DNA of 64,000 bases from positions 1-64,000 of the forward strand of contig DATFEP010000058.1 in assembly GCA_035250975.1 (NCBI GenBank), read 5' to 3'. Within the stretch, counting starts at the first letter, position 1. Every line of letters begins with the position of its first letter. A program made the position numbers and the translations under genes. Of the stretch, positions 43,357 through 52,665 are shown in pieces. The DNA comes from Nitrososphaeraceae archaeon. Its GTDB lineage: Archaea > Thermoproteota > Nitrososphaeria > Nitrososphaerales > Nitrososphaeraceae. Under the pieces are notes generated by a model, which was not told the origin of the DNA, made no database searches, and saw only the letters and a program-made list of their open reading frames with translations.

Positions 43357-44718
43357 TCAATTTGTTCTTATTTCACCAAGCTTAACACCAAGAATGCGAA
43401 AAATATCGAAAATAACAAGACGTAATGATGAAATACCTGTCCTAAAAGGATAAGCACCATATCCTACATGTGTTAATGGATTCACCCATTCAAAAAGAAG
43501 ATTATCATTATTTGAATTACTTAAAAAAAGTTTTGATATCATTTTTTCGCATTCGTCTATTTGATTAAATCTGATCCTTGTCATCAGTTCAATACCAGTA
43601 ATCCATGGCCAAAACGTGTGATTGTGATAATTATAGGGCTTGTGAATATAGGGGCCAGTTTTTAACAAAGGCTTCTCCGTTATAGTGGGAATTCGATTCC
43701 AAATTTTTCTTTTTACTGAGTGAAGCATCTTATTGCATTTTAATAGATTTTCTTTACTGATGGTACACCATTTATTAAATTCAGTAGCATCAAAGTTATA
43801 CAATAAATTGGATTTGCTCAAAAAATTATCATTAACCAGTGCAAATGGATAAAGAAGGGAATCTTGAGTCACCATATTTTCAACATAATAAGTTTCATTA
43901 TCACGAATTTTATCTACGTAACATTCTTGTTTATCAGACCAAAGTTGTTTCTCAATTGATGCAATAGAATTTTGTGCTATTCTGTCTAATTTTTTCGCAT
44001 CTTCAAACTTCCCTAAGCAGTTTAGGAGGAGTACAAAACTTTTCAAAGCTAATATCCAACAAGCTTGACTATATACAATTTTTCCATCCCTTAAAGCAGT
44101 ATCCATCCAATCTTCATTTGGATTTTGTTCCAGTATGCCATCATTATCAATATCTTTTGTCGCGAGATAGTCTATTGCCTTAAATATCTTAGGGATCAGT
44201 TCAACCGTCAATTGAGAAAATTCTGTCTTTAGATAACTTTCATGGTTCACAGGCTTTATATCAAAACTATAATCATTTTTGATGGAATTGATATGTTTAT
44301 AAATGAGTGCAAGAATCCATGAAGAGGTATATATCATTAGTGCGGTAGAATCTATATCAGGTTCAGTAGCATAAATTTCTGAAAATGAAGAATATATAGT
44401 AGTTGGTAAGGCGCCATAATACTTTTTGATTGAATCGGGGTCACATCTGATAGGAGTGAAATTATTGGTAGGAGATCCTCGGCCATAAATCAATCTAGAA
44501 GTATTATAATCGATTTGGTTTGACCAAATATACCTTAGTTCTTCAATTGTTTGGGAAATATATCCGGAAATAAATTGATCTTTTAAAATATATGAGGCAT
44601 CTCGCATCCATGTTGCAGTATAGTATCCTCCTGGTTCAGAACTTTTGCTAATATATTGAGTAGTATTTGTCACAAACATATCTAATGTTTCCACATGTTT
44701 CAAGAGTCCAATTGCCAT
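43357..44718 (-). CDS. Six-hairpin glycoside hydrolase (amylo-alpha-1,6-glucosidase-like)
   Basis: WMRDAS, DIDSTAL, DIDNDGILEQ...DWMD, YHNHTFWPW. Confidence 0.82.
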   Translation of the reverse strand: MAIGLLKHVETLDMFVTNTTQYISKSSEPGGYYTATWMRDASYILKDQFISGYISQTIEELRYIWSNQIDYNTSRLIYGRGSPTNNFTPIRCDPDSIKKYYGALPTTIYSSFSEIYATEPDIDSTALMIYTSSWILALIYKHINSIKNDYSFDIKPVNHESYLKTEFSQLTVELIPKIFKAIDYLATKDIDNDGILEQNPNEDWMDTALRDGKIVYSQACWILALKSFVLLLNCLGKFEDAKKLDRIAQNSIASIEKQLWSDKQECYVDKIRDNETYYVENMVTQDSLLYPFALVNDNFLSKSNLLYNFDATEFNKWCTISKENLLKCNKMLHSVKRKIWNRIPTITEKPLLKTGPYIHKPYNYHNHTFWPWITGIELMTRIRFNQIDECEKMISKLFLSNSNNDNLLFEWVNPLTHVGYGAYPFRTGISSLRLVIFDIFRILGVKLGEIRTN

Positions 44719-45396
44719 CAGGAATGATCGCCAATCAGATGGATTTCGATTTATAAATGCTTTTGGTAGAATAATACTATAAGTTGGATATTTTCAATTA
44801 AAATAGATCATTTATAAAATCAAATTAACAATCGTTGTTAAGGTATCTAAATTGAGAAGTCTGAAACTACCTCAATCAATGAATATTTGTAATAATAAAG
44901 TAAAATTATCGACATTATTCGAAAGTATACAATTTGAAATTGATAATTAGATACAATCAATGAAATAATCGCGGGACTGAATAGATATGGTCTTGATTTA
45001 TCAATGACCCGAAAATATCATTGTTTTAATAAGATAACAAACAATCGTGACTCAAAAAGGAAAATTTCAATTCCCAATATATCATCTAATTTATTCCACA
45101 ATACAATTTTTGAATAGAGATTACAATTCACAAGATTTTAATAAAATTAGACAAAATAATATAAAATTAATATAGATATTTAAAATTGAAAGAGGTTACT
45201 GAAGTAGTTATTATTCTGAAATATATTAAAAGTATCGACTTCGACATAAGTAATCGCGTTACCTATTATAATAATAATTTAGTTTGTACGAAATTGCATG
45301 TAAATTTAACTAGTGACTATCGATAAGCAATAATGAATGTTATGTTACTGCCTATAAATTTATTAATTAGATTCAAAGCTCGTTGTTAATGCAGGT

Positions 45397-46686
45397 TCAT
45401 TTCTTGTAATCGTTTTGTAATTTGCTATTTTTAGTATCAACCGGCAACGTTGGATAGACATAGACTTCTCCTAATATTCGTTCTATTATATCCCTAACAT
45501 TTCTCTTAAAATTCTTTTTGGAAAATATTTCTACGGATCTACTTATATCTACTCTTACTTTATGAGGTACATCCATATTCTTGGCAATTATAGATGCGGC
45601 TTCCGTTTCATTTCTATAGCGTAAATGTGGAGGAACGAATTCAGTATTTCCTCCAATAAATGGTACAATAGGGATCAATCCACTGCTCATTCCTTCAACT
45701 ATCGATATTCCAAAAGGCTCCAATTTTGTTGGATGTAGCAAGAATTTACAATTATTCATTATACTTATTAGATCCGTAAGGTGAGTGTTCTTAAATAGTT
45801 TAACTTTTTTATCTAATCCCATAACGTATTTGGCTTTTTCCAAACTTAGATAATAATCATAATTGTCTTCTGATAGGTTTCCTACAATTACCATTTCAAA
45901 ATCGACTTTCATGTCCTTTAAAATATTTGCAATTTTAAGGGCACTTTCTATCTCTTTATCTGGACTATACCTAGCTATAACAATTATTCTGTTTTCTCTA
46001 TCTTTGGAATAAGATGTATTTTCACGAAAATACTGAACATCTACAGGGGGATAAAGTACAGAGAATACTCTATCTCCATAAATATTTTCAATTGCTTTTT
46101 TGCTGAAGTAAGAATTTGTCAATACAAGAGTATTTTTCATCATCTGATTAAAGTTGCTTAAAGCACAGGAAATAATTTTTTCGAACGGTAAATTTCCATA
46201 TTCTTTTTTAACTTCTGGAAAATAATGTCTTAGTATTTTTTTTAGATAATTAGAATAAGAATTATTTTTTACTAGCTGTGGAACCAATGGATAGTGACAG
46301 TATGTTATCATTTTTGTTTTTGACCGATTATCCACATTTTCTGAACCGTACTTAAAATAAGGAAAAATATCTCCATGAGCGTTTATAATTAGATCGTATT
46401 CATTTTCGCTATTTTCATAATTTGACTTTTGTAACGGGAATTTTGGATTCCATTTTATAGATGATCCTAATATATCCTTCAAATTTACAACATTTATATC
46501 TCTTATCAATGGACTGTAGCTATTTCCAAATGATTTCCTAATCCATTCCCAGTCAGGACATGTTATGGTCTCTAGGTCAATAATAAAACCCATTTCTTGT
46601 AATGCTTCAATCAAAGTAAAGGTGAAACGTTCGCTGCCTCCACCGGCATTTAAATCCTCATGGATTATTTTTGCGAATCTTTTCAT
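45397..46686 (-). CDS. GT4 family glycosyltransferase
   Basis: GGGSER, YCHYP, TNSYFS, LYPPVD, RYSPDK, EPFGISIVEGMSSG. Confidence 0.92.
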   Translation of the reverse strand: MKRFAKIIHEDLNAGGGSERFTFTLIEALQEMGFIIDLETITCPDWEWIRKSFGNSYSPLIRDINVVNLKDILGSSIKWNPKFPLQKSNYENSENEYDLIINAHGDIFPYFKYGSENVDNRSKTKMITYCHYPLVPQLVKNNSYSNYLKKILRHYFPEVKKEYGNLPFEKIISCALSNFNQMMKNTLVLTNSYFSKKAIENIYGDRVFSVLYPPVDVQYFRENTSYSKDRENRIIVIARYSPDKEIESALKIANILKDMKVDFEMVIVGNLSEDNYDYYLSLEKAKYVMGLDKKVKLFKNTHLTDLISIMNNCKFLLHPTKLEPFGISIVEGMSSGLIPIVPFIGGNTEFVPPHLRYRNETEAASIIAKNMDVPHKVRVDISRSVEIFSKKNFKRNVRDIIERILGEVYVYPTLPVDTKNSKLQNDYKK

Positions 46687-47233
46687 ACTATTAAATATAC
46701 TTCATCCTTTATTACCAGATTATAAAGTAAGATTTGCTGGTTGCATTCTTTTTTCAATTTAAAATTTAATATCGTATCTATATTATTAATCATTTAACTG
46801 GTAATATTTTAGCATATATTTTCTTAACTTGGTACGTTCTTTTGATCTTCATTACACTTATATCTTTTAAAAGCAGATAAGATCTCTTGAGTTTTTATTT
46901 GTATAATAAATTGTAGTACCATCTGTACTCCTTGATGTGAATAATCTTTAAAAATATTTATGAAAATATAGCTGACGACTTTGTCATGTAATTGATTTTC
47001 TATCTTAAATTTTTATTGTGTTCAACATCTACATAAGAGTTTTAGTTTATATGTAAAGTATGACTCCGAATTTACATCAAATAAGGAATCATACTACCTT
47101 TATTCAAAATTTTTTTTTTGTAATTATCTGATTACTAGTTACTAAAGATCGATATGACATTAATTATTTATCCTTATTGAAGCTTGTATAGAAAACAGTT
47201 AATTAATTTGATGATGATATTATAAATATAGAG

Positions 47234-47374
47234 ATGAAAGCAGTAAAAACATATTATGAATGTAAAATGTGCGAGAATTTCTTCGATTGTCTTGGAGATT
47301 TGCAAAGACATCTCTTGTTAAATCATCTTTTAAAAATAGACTGTAAGAAAAAACTGTTTAATAAATTTTTTTAA
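47234..47374 (+). CDS. 46-aa C2H2 zinc-finger protein (not in ORF track)
   Basis: MKAVKTYYECKMCENFFDCLGDLQRHLLLNHL...: C-x2-C-x3-F-x5-L-x2-H-x4-H. Confidence 0.6.
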   Translation: MKAVKTYYECKMCENFFDCLGDLQRHLLLNHLLKIDCKKKLFNKFF

Positions 47375-47427
47375 TAATTAAATTATTTGGCTATAATTAA
47401 TTTATAGTTTAACATACATATATAATT

Positions 47428-47820
47428 ATGAAAAAAATTGCAAATTTAGGCATATCTTTCCTTATCTTGATGTTAGGGATTGCAACTGTTGGAATAAATA
47501 CAGTAATAGCTCAGGCACAAAACGGAACTAACGCAGATTCTAGTCCATACATTACAGGCGAACCAGGAATAGGCAGCGTAGAGGAGTTGAATAAGGTGTT
47601 GGGAAATAACACTGAAATGTTGACTAACGGGTCCAGTCTTAAAAATGACAATACATCTATTTTCCAGCAATTAGGTCAAGAAACTAATGAATCAGCTGTA
47701 AGTAGCAATCAATCAGCTGTAAGTAGCAATCAATCAGGCAATGGAGAAGGAAACAACGTAAATCAAACTGATAATCCAATTTCAAAAATAGGGGAAGCAA
47801 TAGGTGGTCTATTTAAATAA
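47428..47820 (+). CDS. Secreted N/S-rich protein
   Basis: Signal peptide ending AQAQ, many N-x-S/T sequons, GSVEELNK motif, amphipathic C-terminus. Confidence 0.8.
   Translation: MKKIANLGISFLILMLGIATVGINTVIAQAQNGTNADSSPYITGEPGIGSVEELNKVLGNNTEMLTNGSSLKNDNTSIFQQLGQETNESAVSSNQSAVSSNQSGNGEGNNVNQTDNPISKIGEAIGGLFK
47690..47737 (+). repeat. 21-bp tandem duplication (SAVSSNQ x2)
   Basis: aatcagctgtaagtagcaatc at 47690 and 47711. Confidence 0.9.
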
Positions 47821-48536
47821 TTTTTTATACTTTTTTATTAGTGGTGATTGATTTACTTGGGGATATAGATTATAATTCAGTTAGAAACAGTGCATATACG
47901 TTCAAGTCTTGGTAGAAGTATATAAAATTTAGTAATGCGAACAAGTTCGAATATGATTTAATTTAACTGACTCAAAATAGCGTATTGCACATATGTAACT
48001 GATATGTATTATAGATATAATAGTCTAATAATACATGCTACAAGGTGAGTAATACGTATCTGAATTATAGAACTGACGCTTAACATGATTAATCAAAAAA
48101 ACATACAAAGATATAACAGGAAAAGCTAAGAAATTAGGACAAGATAGTCTGAAGTTATGAATAAGTAAAAGATATATTTTCATTGAAAAAATTTAAAAAA
48201 CTACCAAATGATGCAGCTTCGTATTCTAGTTTAAGTTACTTTTAGAATTCTACTTAAAGAACTAATTTATCAATTGAGGATAACTAACTGTTCAAGAAAA
48301 AATATGAAGTTATTAATATCAAATAAAAAGAATCATATATTTATTAACTGTAATTAAGGTTGTATTATAGATCATAATAGTTCTGACATAACATTCTGTC
48401 AATCATAAATGAATCAACTTGTTTGTTGAAGGAAATGCAAAGAATCAATATCAAAATTAATATGAAACACCTTTACTAAAGTTCTAATTAAAAATATTCA
48501 AACTTATAGAAATAGATGTTTTTAAAAAAAAAGAAA

Positions 48537-48683
48537 TCATTGAACGCCAGTTGGTTCCTGTTCTTTTTTGTGTTCTAATTTGATATGCTGTTCTTTCTCT
48601 TGCGGAGTTGCAAATAATATGTTACAAACATCACATTTCAATGAATAGTTATTAGAGTTTTGTTGTGAACTATCGTTGTTCAT
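48537..48683 (-). CDS. 48-aa C2H2 zinc-finger protein (not in ORF track)
   Basis: MNNDSSQQNSNNYSLKCDVCNILFATPQEKEQHIKLEHKKEQEPTGVQ*. Confidence 0.7.
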   Translation of the reverse strand: MNNDSSQQNSNNYSLKCDVCNILFATPQEKEQHIKLEHKKEQEPTGVQ

Positions 48684-48802
48684 ATAATATACTAGCACAA
48701 TATCGAATAAATTAATTACAGTATTCTAACCCAGTAGCACATTTTCCAAATTATCTAGAATTAAATACAATTACTAAATATGATTTTATCCTTATAATAA
48801 TA

Positions 48803-49504
48803 TTGAAAGGAATTATTTTTGATCTTGATGGAGTTCTAGTAGATTCAATGCCATTTCATTATCGAGCTTGGAAAAAAGCATTTAAAGAAATAGCATCGAT
48901 TGATGTTGATAAAAAACTGATCTATTCTTTAGAAGGTATGCCTGGAAAACAATTGATTAAAAAAGTATTTCAATTAAAAGAATTTACGAATAATTCGAAA
49001 ATCGAACAAATAAACAGGAAGAAAAAAGAATTATTTCTTGGGGACTTAAATTTTAAATGCTTTCCTTCGGTTAAAACAATGATCAACAATCTTCGTTGTA
49101 CAAAGGGTTTGGTCACTGGTTCTACAAAAAAAGAAACAGATTTGATATTAAAAAAAATTTTAACGAATAGTAAATTTGAGCAGATAATAACAGGAGATAA
49201 CGTTAAGAAAGGTAAACCCGACCCACAAGCATTTAATCTCTTTTTGAGGAAAACTGGCTTGAAACCAGAAGAAGTTATAGTTGTAGAAAATTCTCCGCTA
49301 GGAGTACAAGCCGCAAGGAATTCTAAAATGAGATGTATTTTAACCTTAAATAATAGTCCCCTAGATTCATCTGAATTCAAAAATTTTATTGATGAAGAAA
49401 ATATTTTTGAAAACACGCATTCCGTTTATAATTATTTAAGAAGTTGGTGTAATAACGAAAATAGTAAAAAAATATCTCATATTAAAGCCAAATTTAGCTC
49501 TTAA
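48803..49504 (+). CDS. HAD-superfamily phosphatase (beta-phosphoglucomutase-like)
   Basis: FDLDGVLVDS, VTGS, GKPDP, VVENSPLG. Confidence 0.9.
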   Translation: MKGIIFDLDGVLVDSMPFHYRAWKKAFKEIASIDVDKKLIYSLEGMPGKQLIKKVFQLKEFTNNSKIEQINRKKKELFLGDLNFKCFPSVKTMINNLRCTKGLVTGSTKKETDLILKKILTNSKFEQIITGDNVKKGKPDPQAFNLFLRKTGLKPEEVIVVENSPLGVQAARNSKMRCILTLNNSPLDSSEFKNFIDEENIFENTHSVYNYLRSWCNNENSKKISHIKAKFSS

Positions 49505-49554
49505 TTTTTTGGACAATAATAACAAAATTATATATAATATATAATAATTAAAAA

Positions 49555-50127
49555 GGTTGGAACGATTAGTAGATAAATTGTGTAGGAAAGTATTATTCAA
49601 TTATAGATTCCAATCTCTATACAAAACCGCAAAGTACGATAGCGATTTATGTGGCTGGAATGGGTAAACAATCAGCCCGACTAGCTGTATCAGAGGCACA
49701 TGGATTCATTACCACAGAACAGAATATTATAGATGAAAATCTTTTTTCAGAAATAAAAAATATACTAGCTGCTTCGGGATCATAGAAATTTTGAGAAGAT
49801 ATTATCTTTGCCCGCATCCTACGACGAGGACAGGCAGATGGCGGTTAAATCTATTCAATTTTGGAAGGGTGTACAAATACCAGCATTTTTGAAGTCGATA
49901 TACATGATCCAAGAGAAATAGAAAAAAATGGAAACTAGTAGGAGATGATTACATGGAAAAAATTTTCTAGTATTTATTACTTTAGATGAAGGAATAAAAA
50001 AATTGGAAAAATATGTGGAATTAGGCTTTAGTGAAATTGTACTCATTAATTGAGCCCCAATCCATCAAATTTGTTATTTTCAATTTCAGATAAAATAAAT
50101 CCAATATTCAACAACAAGCAAATTTAG
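49555..50127 (+). pseudogene. Fragment of LLM-class F420-dependent oxidoreductase (G6PDH-like)
   Basis: GKYYSIIDSNLYTKPQSTIAIYVAGMGKQSARLA...GFIT; PASYDED...SIQFWKG; DIHDPREIEKNG; N-terminal half absent, stops and frameshifts; ends approximate. Confidence 0.7.
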
Positions 50128-50242
50128 AACCAATATTTTAGTCATTTTATCTATTGATAGCCTCAAAATTTCTTTTGGTTACCTGCTTCTTATTAGCAAT
50201 CTATTTCCAAAAATACTAAAATGAACTATCAATTTTAGATCA

Positions 50243-50647
50243 TTATTGTTTATTGTTAAGAATGGCACTGCCACGTATTTGGTAAACTAATGTGCCTACC
50301 AATATCGAAATACTTACAATAGTCACTACGAAGAAGACATTGGCTACTTGAACCACCTGTTCCCCAACAACTGCAACAAGTATCGCATAAACCACTACAA
50401 TAAATCCAATTAATGAGAATAACCCTAAGATGATAAGTCTCAAATTGCTTACCCCTTTCAAATAGCCTTTATCAAATTCATTACTTTCTAATTTTTCCTG
50501 TAAACTATTTACCTTTTTAAAAAAACCACCTTCCTTTGATTCTGATTTTTTTTCATTATTTTCTGCTATTGTATCTTCTGCTATTGTATCTTTCTGATTT
50601 TGTTCACTTATGGAAGGACTATTTGCAGGAACAGATTCTTTTTCCAT
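50243..50647 (-). CDS. Membrane protein with charged N-terminus and two C-terminal TM helices
   Basis: 134 aa; DTIAE duplicated. Confidence 0.75.
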   Translation of the reverse strand: MEKESVPANSPSISEQNQKDTIAEDTIAENNEKKSESKEGGFFKKVNSLQEKLESNEFDKGYLKGVSNLRLIILGLFSLIGFIVVVYAILVAVVGEQVVQVANVFFVVTIVSISILVGTLVYQIRGSAILNNKQ

Positions 50648-50927
50648 AAAGAAAATAATACAACATTCTATTTATACAGAATAACAGATTAATGCGAATT
50701 ACTTGAAATAATCCATATTTCAAGAATTTTATTGTTAGGTCAAATAATCATATGTACTAATTTGATAAGGACTAAATGTTGGAATAATTGAAAGCCATAA
50801 TTAGGCAGATATGATTTTATTTATATCAGTATATTGCCTGACGATTTTACAACTAAGCTAGATTTGCATGTTAACGTGGCATAGATATAACATGCACCAG
50901 ACGATGAACGAAAACTGATCATGTATC

Positions 50928-51086
50928 TTAACCAATAAGCTGATCTACTTCGAATTCTTCTATATTTTTTTCTGATTTGTTGTAATCTTTGACGGAATTA
51001 ACATAATCTAGTGCTTTTTTTTCTGTTGAAAAAATTCCGTCAATGGTTATTCTATCAGATTCGTTCCATATTACCCATACTTTCAT
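50928..51086 (-). CDS. 52-aa hypothetical protein (not in ORF track)
   Basis: MKVWVIWNESDRITIDGIFSTEKKALDYV...IEEFEVDQLIG*; TTAAAT box upstream. Confidence 0.65.
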   Translation of the reverse strand: MKVWVIWNESDRITIDGIFSTEKKALDYVNSVKDYNKSEKNIEEFEVDQLIG

Positions 51087-51850
51087 AAAATATAATGAAC
51101 ATAATCGAATTTAAGCATGTTTTTGTTTCATAGTAATGAATGCTACTACTGTGTGATAATATCATGGTTTTATAGAAAATATGAAAATATGCTAGAATAA
51201 TCTATTGATTTATAATTCTGTCAGCATTATTTTATAGCGCTAAGTACTATTTCCCTGCTCTCCAGCGCTAGAACTTTGCATATGATATGTTCTGCAAATA
51301 GTTTTTTATATAGATAGAATGTTCTTAACTATATTTCTTGATTGTAGATAGAGTTGTTGTATTTAGATTTTTTTCTACTTTTTCTAATTACCCTGTATCA
51401 GTATAGATATGTTATCCCATGTTGATATAACTATTCATTTATTTTCTTTTATCTTTGCACATAATTTTCGTTGATATGCGCTTCCCCATGTAACTCGAAA
51501 TGAAATTTTTTTGAAATCACAAGACATCTAGTTAAAAAAATTTTTTCTTCATGTGGACGATGTTCATGATTTACAATTTAAGTTTTTAACTTTTAAAATG
51601 TTACTTACCAAAAATCATTCATGTACCACATACACACTATAGGAAATATATTCAACTAATGTACGAAATTATTTAGTACAATTAATGTAAAAGTTAGAAG
51701 CAATTTACCAGGGGCAGAGAAATTCTATTCTTTTTAATATATGCCGTATAACATTAAAAACAAAATAAAAAATCTTAAGGAATTTGAGATAATTTCTTTA
51801 TAATTTCGATCTGTTCAAAAGCTGTCTGAAGCTTTTTTATCCATTCACAT

Positions 51851-52078
51851 TTAATTCATCAACCTTTCCAAAAAAGACTTTCCCATCTTTGAAACTTTCA
51901 TTAATCCTTCATCGTCAATAAATAAAAATCCTTTCTCTAACAGAAAATCAGAATAAAATTTAAATTTAGAATGAGATAAAGCAAATTTACTTATTATATG
52001 AGATCTTCTTTTTCCATCGATACAAGCCTCAAGAATTGAAAAAATGATACTGATTTTACTTTTATATTTATGACTCAT
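51851..52078 (-). CDS. Small winged-helix transcriptional regulator
   Basis: KSKISIIFSILEA...HIISKFALSH...Y...LLEKGFL...VSKMG..FL. Confidence 0.8.
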   Translation of the reverse strand: MSHKYKSKISIIFSILEACIDGKRRSHIISKFALSHSKFKFYSDFLLEKGFLFIDDEGLMKVSKMGKSFLERLMN

Positions 52079-52402
52079 AGTAATATATGTACATAAACAT
52101 TTATAATTGTTGAAATACCAATGTCAGGATGTTAGATTATAAACATCTTTTGATATATCTCCATGTAAATACTATAGATGATAATTTTCAAGCATTTTAT
52201 CAAGGGATTACATCAGGACATTTGAGCTAATACGTTCTAACAAGTAGTTTCTAATATCAAGATCCAATTTTTTGTTTTAAAACACAAGGATCTTATTTGT
52301 GAAATCTGTAAATAATGGTTGCCATCCCGTAATCATTACACTAGCTCTTTTACCCTATTATTTTGTAATTATAATGCTAATAAACAATATCGTCTATTTA
52401 AT

Positions 52403-52555
52403 ATTGACCACAAGCGGTCGATCTTTTTCTGTCCACATGAGCTAAAACGCTCCTCGCTCGTGTGGACAGCCTAATAAAGAATAACGTCCTGTTAACATTG
52501 CTGCAAAAGGACCATCGAAGAAAACCATAGACCTCGCCCAGAGAGATTACCTGGC
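52403..52555 (+). ncRNA. Candidate structured non-coding element (four hairpins)
   Basis: GC-richer intergenic island; 14-bp stem 52429-52442/52456-52469 and 7-bp stem 52403-52409/52416-52422, each with one U-G wobble on the + strand. Confidence 0.4.
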
Positions 52556-52665
52556 ACTAAAATATAATCTTATTAAATAATGAAGATTATATTATATTAC
52601 CAATGATCAGCACCGACTAAGTTCATACTAGTTGATGATCGATATTATGGATCCTCAACTTTCTT

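Noticed and set aside
49855-50046. 63-aa minus-strand ORF
   Set aside because: Antisense to the F420-oxidoreductase remnant
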